DNA of 63,612 bases, filler included, from Stramenopiles sp. TOSAG23-6 (GCA_900128565.1; 30 parts of 30 records of this genome joined end to end with filler, not necessarily neighbours in it), one strand, 5' to 3'. Positions 1 through 11,740 are shown, counted from the first letter of the whole stretch. The notes: generated by a model from the letters alone, not told the origin. Program-made: numbers and translations.

Positions 1-81
1 TTTTTTTTCAATTTCGAATTTATTTTTCGTACGAAATTTTGTACCTAACGATTTTTGTTTGAAATATTTTCCATAATACAT
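1..81 (+). mobile_element. 3' part of a repeated intron-family copy (ABCG intron), ending ...CCATAATACAT
   Basis: Contains TTTCGTACGAAATTTTGTACCTAAC. Nt 1-42 are identical to 42488-42529. Confidence 0.85.
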
Positions 82-698
82 ACACAGTGATGCCTTATTT
101 TATTTCAAAACTCATTGTTGAAATCCCAAAAGCAATTGCTGTTTGTCTAGTGATGTACCTTATCGCTTATTTTCTTGTAGGATTTCAAGGAAATTTTTTT
201 TTGTTAGTTTTGATTACAACTCTATTTGGATTAGTTGCTTCGTCATTGGCTCTTTTTATTGGTGCAATTGCAAATAGTGTTGAAACAGCGACACAATTAA
301 CGCCTATCTTATTTGTGCCACAATTATTGTTTGCAGGATTTTATATTCCAATTTTAGAAATTCCTATATATCTTCGCTGGGCTCAGTATATGTGTTCACT
401 GAAATATGCTTTAAATCTTTTACTTATTGAAGAAATGAAAAACTTACCTAAGGACTGGCCTTCAGAAGTAGATGATTCACTTTATTATGAAGCTGTGTAT
501 GGATGTAAAAAAGTGAAAGATTATGAATGTGAACCTCTACAAACGATCAATGTACAAAACTATGAAAATGCACTTTTTCCAAAATCTGAAGTAAAGCCAA
601 AGGAAATATGGCTTTATTTGACTGTTTTATTTGCAATATTTTGTGTTTTTCGAGGTTTAGCTTTATTTGCTCTCGTTCGTCGAGCCAAAGCTTTATAA
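82..698 (+). CDS. ABCG (White-family) half transporter, 3' exon (ABC2 membrane domain)
   Basis: YFISK, PQLLFAGFYIP and IPIYLRWAQY motifs; continues the gene at 41157-42477. Confidence 0.9.
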
Positions 699-1075
699 TT
701 TTATACTTTTTTTTTTAGAAAATTTTAGAAATAAATTTGTTTTGCTCAGTTTTGATTTATAATCTATCTATATATATTATATCAAATTTTTAAAAAGTAA
801 ATTACTTACAGCTAATGAATTATGACATGAATTACAAAGTACTATATACCTCATAGATAAATATTCGCTAATTAAATGATAAATCTCTACGTAAATTACT
901 AAATTGAATTCAATGAATTGAGATTTTTCTGAAAAATATATATTTTTTTTTTTTCTGACATCCATCAAAAATTTTACCACCACAAAAACATCAATCGCAA
1001 TTAATTACCCTTTTACCCAAGGTTGTATAAAGAAATCTGAAAATAAAGATAGAAAATTCATTATCGCTGGCATAT

Positions 1076-2047
1076 TTGGCATTACTCTTTAAGACATTTA
1101 TAGAAGAACCATCGGATTTACTAATGCTTCGTATAAAGTCGCAGTTCAAACAGGAGCGGGAATCAAAATTAAGAAAAGCAAACTTTGCTCCGGAAGTCGA
1201 AAAATTGCCTTTATCCGAACAAAACATTGACAATAATTCAAAGCCGTCTATTGGAAAGAAATCTGCAATAAAACGGGGTGTTCGTTTTGCCCCAAATACT
1301 CGATTGGGTACCCTTCTATCGAATAAAAAAAGCAAAAAAAAAAATGAGGAGGAGAATACTCCAAGAAGGACGATTCGTGCTTTGTTACATTCTTCCGGAA
1401 ATCCTTCGTCTGTATGCATGTCTGGTACAAAAAATATCATTGACAGATCTTCGTGTAAAAATACTGTTAGAGATAAATTAGTTGAGAATATGTTGCTGAA
1501 AAATCCCGGTATTGTTCGATCCATTGTGATTGGAACTCCTGCAAAATTATGTCCACCACAAACTCCTGCTGCTGATAAACTTGAAAATATCAATGATTCT
1601 ATATTATCTAAAGTATGTCCACCACAAACTCCTGCTGCTGATAAACTTGAAAATATCAATGATTCTATATTATCTAAAGTATGTCCACCACAAACTCCTG
1701 CTGCTGATAAACTTGAAAATATCAATGATTCTATATTATCTAAAGTATGTCCACCACAAACTCCTGCTGCTGATAAACTTGAAAATATCAATGATTCTAT
1801 ATTATCTAAAGTATGTCCACCACAAACTCCTGCTGCTGATAAACTTGAAAATATCAATGATTCTATATTATCTAAAGTATGTCCACCACAAACTCCTGCT
1901 GCTGATAAACTTGAAAATATCAATGATTCTATATTATCTAAAGTATGTCCACCACAAACTCCTGCTGCTGATAAACTTGAAAATATCAATGATTCTATAT
2001 TATCTAAAGTATGTCCACCACAAACTCCTGCTGCTGATAAACTTGAA
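1076..2047 (+). CDS. Hypothetical protein with 22-aa tandem repeats; partial, start uncertain
   Basis: Long ORF ending in VCPPQTPAADKLENINDSILSK repeats at the contig end. Confidence 0.5.
1548..2047 (+). repeat. 66-bp perfect tandem repeat, about 7.5 copies, truncated by the contig end
   Basis: Unit starts TGTCCACCACAAACTCC at 1550, 1616 and onward. Confidence 0.95.
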
Positions 2048-2091
2048 NNNNNNNNNNNNNNNNNNNNNNNNNNNNNNNNNNNNNNNNNNNN

Positions 2092-2103
2092 TTAATTAAT
2101 TAA
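2092..2103. other. Artificial contig linker TTAATTAATTAA flanked by N runs (first of 29; recurs about every 2.1 kb)
   Basis: The identical six-frame-stop 12-mer is padded with Ns between contigs of steadily decreasing length. Confidence 0.98.
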
Positions 2104-2147
2104 NNNNNNNNNNNNNNNNNNNNNNNNNNNNNNNNNNNNNNNNNNNN

Positions 2148-3157
2148 AATTAGTATTGGCAGTGTCAAAGATATGAAAATACACCGCGATGAAAATCGCC
2201 ATCCATTATACAACACGGTGCTTTCATTACCTAATGTTTTAAGTACAGAGGAATGTGAAATGCTTCGGTGTTCAGCTAAACGCATAAAGGATGAGTGTCC
2301 TGATGATACTTTGGATCGAGGTTTTGGTCTTACGGAGGTTCCGACGTGCGTAATTGACAAAAAGGCACAGAATTTAGTGAATCAGATNNNNNNNNNNNNN
2401 NNNNNNNNNNNNNNNNNNNNNNNNNNNNNNNNNNNNNNNNNNNNNNNNNNNNNNNNNNNNNNNNNNNNNNNNNNNNNNNNNNNNNNNNNNNNNNNNNNNN
2501 NNNNNNNNNNNNNNNNNNNGGGTGCTACAACAGATTCAGCATTATTTACCAGATCTTACAGCATACCTTAAACGGAACCTATCCGTTTCTGACGCGAGGA
2601 TTTCCTTAGAGTCTCAGCAATTAGAGTTTAACCCAAATGAACCAGCGGTAAACATTAATCCGCCAGGAGGAATTTTTCCTAAACATACGGATGGATGTGA
2701 CATTACTGTTCTTATTCTTCTCTCAAAGCCTGATTCCTTTGTCGGCGGTGGAACTCGTTTTTGGCCTCAAAATATAGCAACAAAAAATAACTCTGGGTAT
2801 GAATTTGCTGATGCAAAACAAAGTTCTTCAGATATAGATTCAAAACTATTACTAGCTCCTCAAGGTACCGCGCTTATTTGGAGTGGAGATATTTATCATT
2901 CGGGTTCGCCTACCAAATCTGGCGAACGATGCATNNNNNNNNNNNNNNNNNNNNNNNNNNNNNNNNNNNNNNNNNNNNNNNNNNNNNNNNNNNATGGGAA
3001 TGATGTAGTGGAAGATTTTGGACTAAAGGAAAGTCTTTTACAGTTTATGCAGGATCGACCCGGTGATACTGGTCTAATTGCTCTTTCAAAGATTGCATTT
3101 ACTGAAACTGAAAAGCAATTATTGAAAGAACGAAAAAATACATCTCCTTTGAATTGA
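2148..3157 (+). CDS. 2OG-Fe(II) dioxygenase (prolyl-hydroxylase-like), gapped
   Basis: HTD motif, FVGGGTRF, distal YHSGSP and GER. Confidence 0.75.
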
Positions 3158-3281
3158 GATGGACTTCAATATCAACGTTGTAGAAATATTGTAATTTATA
3201 TTCGTATGTTAAGTAATTATAAGTAAACATTTTACATTTCTTAAAAGAATTTCAAAGAATAAATATTAACATTTCATTTTA

Positions 3282-4193
3282 TTAAAAGAATAAACGTAAT
3301 TCATTTTTTTGTGACTTGAGTTGTCTCTCTAACTGCTTTTTAAAAGAATATTCAAATAATGTCAAGTCTCGAGGTGCCGATTTTAGCTTTTTTCGTACTA
3401 TGTATCCCCGTATAATGGCGAGTGGAATGGATGAAGATAATTTGAGCTCTTTTATTCTTGAATTGTGTTGTGCCTTTATTGCAAATTTAGATTTAGTATT
3501 TGTAGCATCAATAGCATTGATAAGAAATTTAATATATTGTGTATGCAATTCTGCGAGTAAATCTTTATGCTGAGAATTATTTTCTCCCATTTTCACCTCA
3601 GCGATTTTCTCAGCAAATTTCTGTGCTCCATGGACCGCTTTGGCAAGGTTTTGAACTTTTGCTTCAAAAGCATGAAATTTTTCCTTCGTTCGGAAAAAGT
3701 GATTCACTCTACTCTGAACAAAATCTTTGTTGGCTTCCATGTCATTGAAAACACTTTTGATTTTATATAGCTTTGACTCACATCGTTGTAAATATTGTGT
3801 TCCTATTTGTTTCTTTATTTTCTTTATTTTATTAAGCAAATGAACTTGTTCATTTTGAGTTTCATTAATGCTATTATTTACTTCTATCAATTTGTGTTGA
3901 AATGCTAGCATTTCTTCTTTTGCGTGACAAAGTGCCTGCCGATCCTCTTCATACTTTGGAATCAATTGTCTTATATTTGTTTTCCCTTTTAATGTTGATG
4001 CACTTGTAAAATATCCTACTTTCCGCAGCTGATTTCTAGATTTAGTTGCTACTCTAATATGATGAGGCAATGCTCTTTTGCAATAAGATATATTTTTTTC
4101 TAAAACAACCTTTTTCTTTTTAAGTGGTTGGAGTCTATTTTCATTACTTTTAGCACTGACTTCGAGTTGCTTTATTGTAGTTTTCTGATCCTT
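3282..4193 (-). CDS. Coiled-coil hypothetical protein, 5' partial
   Basis: Long K/E/Q-rich ORF with an IQ-like IIRGYIVRK near the C-terminus. Confidence 0.55.
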   Translation of the reverse strand, partial: KDQKTTIKQLEVSAKSNENRLQPLKKKKVVLEKNISYCKRALPHHIRVATKSRNQLRKVGYFTSASTLKGKTNIRQLIPKYEEDRQALCHAKEEMLAFQHKLIEVNNSINETQNEQVHLLNKIKKIKKQIGTQYLQRCESKLYKIKSVFNDMEANKDFVQSRVNHFFRTKEKFHAFEAKVQNLAKAVHGAQKFAEKIAEVKMGENNSQHKDLLAELHTQYIKFLINAIDATNTKSKFAIKAQHNSRIKELKLSSSIPLAIIRGYIVRKKLKSAPRDLTLFEYSFKKQLERQLKSQKNELRLFF

Positions 4194-5308
4194 NNNNNNN
4201 NNNNNNNNNNNNNNNNNNNNNNNNNNNNNNNNNNNNNTTAATTAATTAANNNNNNNNNNNNNNNNNNNNNNNNNNNNNNNNNNNNNNNNNNNNGACGTGA
4301 AAATAAGGAAATATATGATTTGTTTTTACACTGTTGAATACTGTCTTCTTTTAAAGTAGGGTTTGTGACAGGTCTCACAGAAATACGGCTAGAAATTTTG
4401 ACGTTTTCTATTGGTAGAGAGGTCATCATTTTTTTTACATTCTTTTTGCTATTGTGTCGCTGCAAAACGGCTTCATCGACTTCTTTAAAAGTTCGGCTTG
4501 TAACAGGTCTGACACTTTGATTCTTTGTAGAAGCCATCAAAACACTCGAGCCGCACAATAGGTTCATCGACTTCTTCAAAAGCAGGGCTAGTGGCAGGTG
4601 TGACACTTTGCTTCTTTTGAGAAGCCATCTTAAAGGTGTTTCGGGATGTACTGAATTGAGAGATTGGACAACATCTTATGGTTTCATCAACACAGTTTGA
4701 GGGGGGGAGCGAATCCAGTAACCGTCGGCAAACGGCCTTTGTTTCAACTAACGAAAAAATGGTACGAATTTGTAACGGATCAAAAAAATTTAAACGTGTT
4801 ACAAGTGTTCAGTTTCAGGGAAACTGTGGTCTAATACCAATCACTTGTATTTACTACCTTTGATTGCTTTGGTATAGCAGAAAGTTACACACAAAATATC
4901 ATTCGCCATTTTGACCGGGACTGTATCCTATATTTCTATAGCTAGCTCACACCATGAAATTTGGGTCTCTCATTACACGTATCCACTGGCGAAAGTGTAA
5001 TTCAATAAATTGTAAATGTAGCTAGTGTTAACATAAACAAAACATGATATTATGATGTTATAATCTCTAAAATAAAACTGTTATTAAGTACAGTATGTCT
5101 AGGATTTGGTAGTATCACTGCAACTACAATTGTAACTACAAATAATACCACTAGGTAAAATAATAATATTAGTAGATAAAATCGAGGATGGTTGGTATTG
5201 CTTCGTAGTACAACAAAAAATAAAAAAGTTAAAAAAATATAATGGAGAGTAGTATGCATTTATATATATTGTACAAGAACTAATACAACAAATACAAAAA
5301 TATCCATT

Positions 5309-6337
5309 TTAAAAGTGTCTCCAAATTCCAGATCTAGCGATATAATTCAACACAGCTGGAGGTGTTAATCCTTCACACAAACTTAGTGCTTGTACCACAT
5401 TCTGACCAACAATATTATTTTCTATTCTTCCTGACACATTCTGACGCAAACCATGCGGGTTGTTGAAATTTAGGCTCGATATTTCTCTGTCTATATAGAA
5501 ATTATACCACACGCAAACATTGTTTGGGGTACTTGCGAAATCCTCAGACTTCTATTCGTCGTATTTCCAATGTTACTACCAACAATATGATTACCAAAAA
5601 AAACCAGATTGCTGTACTGTAAACATTCTTTAGGTACAGGGGTGCCTCTACCTTCTGTAACAATAAAAACACGGCGACGATACCATGGCTTGACAGCACT
5701 AGCACTCCTTGCAGACTGCCCAACTCCAATTTTCCCTATACTACCCATTTTCATTCCAATCCCAAGTCCAATTCCTATATCAATATTCATACCCAATTGA
5801 TTATCTAAGTTTTCATCACCATTAGCCTCTGTTTCATCAATATTATCATCTTCCTCATTTTGTTTATTTTCTTGATTAACCTCCACTGGATCTGTTGCTA
5901 ACTGCGCACGTTCCGTTACTTGATTTTGACCAATTACTAAATCAGCTCCATCACCATTGTTAAAACCAAGCGTATTATCTGATCCGACAATACCCTCCGT
6001 GGTATTTACTATTTCGTCACCAATGGTATTTTCATCATCTTCTTCTAATAAACTCCGACGACGCTTGTGTATATTAGAAGACATGGGCGAGACAGTGTCA
6101 TTCGATAATATACCAGATGCAAACGAAGGAACATTTTCACTGAGCCTCGTAGAATTTCCATTCGACTTCAATAAACTGAAAGTTGAATGATAACTTGGTT
6201 GAGAATAACCATCTGATGCTGGTGAGACCCAGGAGGAAAGTTTTGAGAGTTCATCTGCGCCAATTACAAGCCTGATTTGATGGCCCGGATTCTTAATGTC
6301 CAACATTTCCAACATTTCTGCACGAGACAGGTTAGTG
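5309..6337 (-). CDS. NMNAT/NadD-like nucleotidyltransferase C-terminal part with a long low-complexity insert; unresolved frame break near 5490-5530
   Basis: IRLVIGADELSKLSSW and LTPPAVLNYIARSGIW resemble NadD motifs. Confidence 0.5.
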
Positions 6338-6520
6338 NNNNNNNNNNNNNNNNNNNNNNNNNNNNNNNNNNNNNNNNNNNNTTAATTAATTAANNNNNNN
6401 NNNNNNNNNNNNNNNNNNNNNNNNNNNNNNNNNNNNNTTTTTTAATTAAATTTTTTTTTTTTTTTTTTTTTAGGTATGAATTTGGGTTAGGGTCCTAACA
6501 CAAAACATATTTTTACAGTA

Positions 6521-8059
6521 TTAAGAAAAGCCTTCGGAAAAACACTTTTTGTTTTCTGACATTGAAAGCTTAAAATATCCGTCATCACCCCAGTCATCAC
6601 CCCATGAGTTCTTCACAATCCAGTAGTCCTTTTCGTGGTATCCAACAATAAGAACGGAATGTGTAAATGCTTTATTACACTGTATGTCAATCAAAGAGTT
6701 ACAATGGAATTGAAACGAATGCCAATTATCTGATGTGATGCTTATTGCTGTAGCAATTGGTCCCTTATTTGTAAGTACTCTTTTCATTTCATCTATAGTC
6801 ATATCCTTGTTAACTCCTTTTTCTCCAACTTTCCAAATTTTTTGTGCAAATAACTTGTTGCAGTCTTTGTTAATGCGGTCTTGGTCACATTCCTCCTTTG
6901 TTTTAAAGGGGTCCACTTTTGTTATAGTTAAACCCGCTCTACAAGATACGTGACGACATGAAGCTGAATGACGTACATCATACATATACTCTTGATATTC
7001 ATCTGCTTTACAAATGCCATTGAAAAGCATTTCAATTGCAACTACAGGACTGCCTCCCTCGCAGCCGTCTTTTACTTCGTCATTCACATCTCCTGTATGA
7101 GGATAGCAATCAACGATTTCTTCTACTGAAAAAGAGGTAAGGTCTTCTTTCATTTGTAATGTATTTGCAGCTTCGACGAGTCCAACAGCAGCCATAGCAT
7201 AGTCCGCAGTACAATCACCTTCATCTTTCACTGGAGTTACAGCTGGTTTTCTTGGTGCTTCACATTCAGTAGAATGCTCTCCATTTCTCCAGTCGATACT
7301 CTCACAAGCTGGCCAAGGAAAATCAGCATCAGGAGCGTCAGAAGAGTACCCTATTTTTCCATCAAGTGCATCACTATTTTCAAGCGAAAGGTCATAGTTT
7401 CCAACTAAGAGTATACTTTCCCAGTCTGTAAGTGTAGAAAATTTAGTTTTGCACCATTTATTGCTATTCTGGTCGTTGTGTTTTTGAATTAAATCACCAT
7501 TATTCATAAAGATGTCCTTTCGTTCGCAATAGTCCTTATCGTCTACAACTATTTGAAATTTTTTCATATCGTCACAAAATGCATCACATAAATGTAGAAT
7601 TGAAAAATAAGCTCCCACAACACCACCCCCAGCAAGAATGAATACAGAAAAAAAGATTATCCATCTTTTTGTAATCACATTTGTCCATGACTTTTTCTGT
7701 ATTTTGAAATAATAAAAGATGCAGCCACACACAATCAGAAAAGCACAACCTGCAGATGAACCAATTAAATAATTCTCACACCCCTCATTATGACTTTTTT
7801 TAATTGCTAAAACAATGACCCAGGTAGAGAAAAATGAAAAAAGACAAAGAATTCCAACAAACATTACGATAGATGAAATTTTAATTTGTCCTGTGTTCAC
7901 TTTTCCAATTTTCATTTCGGTTTTTATTTTTACGATAGATGAAATTTTGGTTTGTCCTGTGTTCACTTTTCCAATTTTCATTTCGGTTTTTTTTTTTTCT
8001 GTTTTTGCNNNNNNNNNNNNNNNNNNNNNNNNNNNNNNTTTTTTTTTCAGTTTTCGCAT
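6521..8059 (-). CDS. Papain-family (C1A) protease homologue with N-terminal TM helices; catalytic Cys absent
   Basis: IDWR, VTPVKDEGDCTADYAM, GCEGG, GPIATAI, HSVLIVGY, YWIVKNSWGDDWGDDGY. Confidence 0.9.
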   Translation of the reverse strand: MRKLKKKXXXXXXXXXXAKTEKKKTEMKIGKVNTGQTKISSIVKIKTEMKIGKVNTGQIKISSIVMFVGILCLFSFFSTWVIVLAIKKSHNEGCENYLIGSSAGCAFLIVCGCIFYYFKIQKKSWTNVITKRWIIFFSVFILAGGGVVGAYFSILHLCDAFCDDMKKFQIVVDDKDYCERKDIFMNNGDLIQKHNDQNSNKWCKTKFSTLTDWESILLVGNYDLSLENSDALDGKIGYSSDAPDADFPWPACESIDWRNGEHSTECEAPRKPAVTPVKDEGDCTADYAMAAVGLVEAANTLQMKEDLTSFSVEEIVDCYPHTGDVNDEVKDGCEGGSPVVAIEMLFNGICKADEYQEYMYDVRHSASCRHVSCRAGLTITKVDPFKTKEECDQDRINKDCNKLFAQKIWKVGEKGVNKDMTIDEMKRVLTNKGPIATAISITSDNWHSFQFHCNSLIDIQCNKAFTHSVLIVGYHEKDYWIVKNSWGDDWGDDGYFKLSMSENKKCFSEGFS

Positions 8060-8580
8060 TTATTGCTATGGAATTCTCCGTAGTCACACTTGTTGAAGTA
8101 TCATTCCTCGTCATATTAGTCGACATTGTTTTCTCTCAATTGAGGAAATGTAGATAGTATCTATTTTTGTTTGCAACGTGCAAGGGATGTAGAGCAATAG
8201 CGAGTACAAAAGTCTCATACCGTAACGGAAGATACTAAAATACGAACACGAAATATTGAAATTATTTTGCTATATTTCAATACAAGAATGAGTGAAAAAT
8301 GAAAAATGTTACTTCAATACATTGTGAATGCTAACTAAGTTATTTGAGGCATGCTGAACAAGAATATCATGCCTACAACAAGTAAATATTCATGCAAAGT
8401 ATTTCATTTTGACTTTTAAGTGCTTTTTTTAAAGTCCAATTTTGAAAATATTTCGTGTTTTTTTTTTTTTTTTTTTTTTTNNNNNNNNNNNNNNNNNNNN
8501 NNNNNNNNNNNNNNNNNNNNNNNNTTAATTAATTAANNNNNNNNNNNNNNNNNNNNNNNNNNNNNNNNNNNNNNNNNNNN

Positions 8581-8730
8581 CACCACTTGGTCCTGAATCA
8601 CCACTAGATCCTGAACCACCACTTGGTCCTGAATCACCACTAGATCCTGAACCACCACTTGGTCCTGAATCACCACTAGATCCTGAACCACCACTTGGTC
8701 CTGAATCACCACTAGATCCTGAACCACCAC
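8581..8730 (-). repeat. 36-bp coding tandem repeat (about 4 copies)
   Basis: Unit CACCACTTGGTCCTGAATCACCACTAGATCCTGAAC. Confidence 0.9.
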
Positions 8731-9238
8731 CAGTACCTTCAGAATCAGCACCATTAGAACCGGTACCTTCAGGAACAAATGCACCAGAAGAACAAGGTTT
8801 GTCGCAGTCTTTCAAAACAGGTTTGCCTTCATTTTTATGACACAAAACCTTGCCACTAAAAACACCACCATCGGGCCCATCGCCAACATCGGGAACGGGA
8901 ATTCCGGAAACTTTACAACACTCCTTGCTCGGCATTTCGTCACATTCATTATCCTCGTCACAACCAAACATCGAAACTTTCAATGTTACTGCTTTCGTAG
9001 AAGGATTCTCCAAAGTTAATGTACCTTCAAATGCGAGACACCCCTTGACGCCAGGTTCACATTTATTTGTTCCGTGAGATTCTTTTACTTTTCCTCCATC
9101 TGAGTGTTCTCCTTCAAAATGTTCATAACACATCCCAGACCAACCACATGACACAAGAGAGACAAGAGAGAGTGTAATCAAAGTTTTCAAGAAATGTTTC
9201 ATTGTCATTATTTTCGACAAATGCACTTTATTATTCAA
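8581..9238 (-). CDS. Secreted Cys-rich protein with a Gly/Ser repeat tail, 3' partial
   Basis: Signal-peptide-like N-terminus, Cys-rich domain, then SGGSGSSGDSGP repeats. Confidence 0.7.
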
Positions 9239-9847
9239 CGGTTTTATTGGTTTGGATCCGTCTTAAAAACCTTAATAATCTGGGATTCTGGATACGTTTC
9301 TCTCATATATATATAACGGACGTTCAAACCCCTAACCCTAAGAAACAATCTTGAATAACAAATATATCAAAAAAAAAAAAAAAGTGACAGGTTTAACTTT
9401 AAAGATTTCAGTTTTACTACTATGGTAAATATAATTAGGGTACATTACCATCCTATAATCAATCATTGACATCCTAACTCAAACAACGATTTGATTTCAA
9501 ATAGTACACAACATCATTTTAAACCGTTCTATATTGTATTTAGTAGGGTACCTAATACCCTAACCCTAGCTTATATTGTCGGAGATTTTACAGTTTCAAC
9601 TTTCTTTTTGTTTTGGACTATAAATACAAATAAATAAGCGACAAAATAATAAGCCAACACAAACATCTACTACCTACTTACTACTTCATTCATATAGTTA
9701 GTTTCAATGACATAATAACAATGTTATAAAAAAGATATATCTAGATAGACATCATACATATGTTTGTAGATAGCATGGTATATTATACAAAAGAAATTAA
9801 ACAAAAAAAGCTTTTTTAGTTGTACAACCTTAGTGCGTTAGATTTAA

Positions 9848-10518
9848 ATGGGAATTTGTTTCTCCAANTCCTCAAAGTCAAAAGTTGACGTTGACTCCAT
9901 ACAAAAANAGAACAACGTAAGGTATACTCGTTCAACAACTACAACTAACAAACCTAATTTTAGATGGANTACTTCAAAAAACAATACTACAAGTCAAAAA
10001 CCCAATTTTAGATGGGACAAAAGTTCAGTTGGTAAAGTTGATCAAAATGAAGAAGTTGTTAAACATGACCAAGATTTTGACCAAGATTTTTCTAGATCGA
10101 GGCGCAAAAAAGACCGTGGTTATACAATAGATCCAGACTCATCTGATGAAGACGAAGTTGCTCATCAAATGGGTTCTATTGTATCAAATGAACATGGTGT
10201 TAAAGGTAAATATCAAATCAATTATATGTATGTTTTTTTTTTTTTTTTTTAATTTGAAATTGAATTTATTTTTTTTTGGTTTCATACGAAATTTCGTACC
10301 TAACAAATTTTTTAGATTTTTTTTTTTGAAATATTTTTTTTTTTNAATTTGAAATTAAATTTATTTTTTCATACGAAATTTCGTACCTAACAAAAAANTT
10401 TTAGATTTTGTTTTNTGAAATATTTTTCGAAAATATATGAGTTGTGTCAAGGATTATTCAGAACAACAAAAATATAGACCAGATTTGGAAACAAAACTTT
10501 GGAGTGACGTTGTTTTAT
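9848..10518 (+). CDS. Putative N-myristoylated/palmitoylated protein; exons 9848-10227 and 10439-10518; partial
   Basis: MGICFS N-terminus; the frame continues (YQINYMSCVKDY) after GT-AT removal of 10228-10438. Confidence 0.6.
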
Positions 10519-10773
10519 GTATGTTTTTTTTTTCNTAGTNANTTTTGTACCTAAGCAAATTTTTTTAAAAATTTTTTTTTTTTTTTAAAAATTTTTTTTT
10601 TTAAAATTTTTTTTTTAAAAATNNNNNNNNNNNNNNNNNNNNNNNNNNNNNNNNNNNNNNNNNNNNTTAATTAATTAANNNNNNNNNNNNNNNNNNNNNN
10701 NNNNNNNNNNNNNNNNNNNNNNACAAAATTTCGTACGAAAAAAAAATCGAATTTGAAAAAAAATAAAACATAC

Positions 10774-11740
10774 ATGACTTCATCGCAGTCCCTTTGGCAA
10801 CAGCAACTTGTTCCTGAGTATAATGATTTGGTAATGATCGAGATATAAAGGATTTCGTGTGATCGAAACCCTTTGTCATTCCGACAATGAAATATCAAAA
10901 CAATATATTTTAGCAAAAAAAAATTTTAGTTTTTGAAATTTGCACAAAATACAAAGTTTTACATATAGATTTTGGTACAGAAAAAAATAAATTCGAAATT
11001 CATGATTTTTTTTGTTTTTTTTTGAAAACGTACATATTTTTCCATTCACTGGGGGATTTTTCTGAAACTGTAGATTTAATGATTAATCTTCGCTGCGGCC
11101 TCTCACGAGTCCCAACGAGCTCACTAATACTAATTTCTCCCCCTTTGTTGGCAATTTCCTCTGAGGTAACTATTCTTGAACGAAGTACTTCGAAGACAGA
11201 TGCTAGCTCCGACTCAAAAATGCTGGAATGTAGTTTGTCTGGGGTTACACGATTTTCAATCGATAAAACAATTGGCATACGTACATTCGTATCCTTGAGG
11301 ACTGCTTTCTCATCAGCCTCAAACCATTTTTCTAATTCATTAATGTAATCTCGAATATCACTTGAATTTGTGAACTGAATACTAAAGTGGGATTTGGAAA
11401 CGCGGTGTGTAACCTTCAAATTTGTCTTTCTCCCACTTGTGGTGACACCTTTGGCCCGTTGGTGTACATCAATTTCGATACAACGATACCCTAAATTTAA
11501 AGCCGTTGTCATGCTGGATGCGGATGTACCTTCTGCTTGTTTTTTTCCTTTCTTGATGCAATTCTGCCTCCCGGTAGTATATGTATTGTGTGAACACTGT
11601 GAAGAAAACTTGATGAATGACATGTCCTTCCAACCAGGGCCGAAGCGTTCATCGGGTACATTAGGTAACAAGGCGTACACTGAACCTAGTAAATATGCCA
11701 GTAAGTAGAATAAAATAAGTTCAAGTCGTTCCCTCGGCAT
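10774..11740 (-). CDS. Phosphoinositide phospholipase C-like (X domain), intron-containing, partial
   Basis: SHNTY, ALNLGYRCIEIDVH, PIVLSIEN and LIIK motifs; intron donors at 11033 and 10773. Confidence 0.85.

Noticed and set aside
1548-2047. 66-bp repeats as a CRISPR array
   Set aside because: There are no unique spacers; it is a coding tandem repeat in a eukaryotic contig.
991-2099. Overlapping long ORFs on both strands across the 66-bp repeat
   Set aside because: Shadow frames of a stop-free tandem repeat. The same applies at 57461-58192, 23550-23846 and 21410-21700.
2092-2103. Regularly spaced TTAATTAATTAA as a CRISPR-like or genomic repeat
   Set aside because: It is an artificial linker flanked by Ns.
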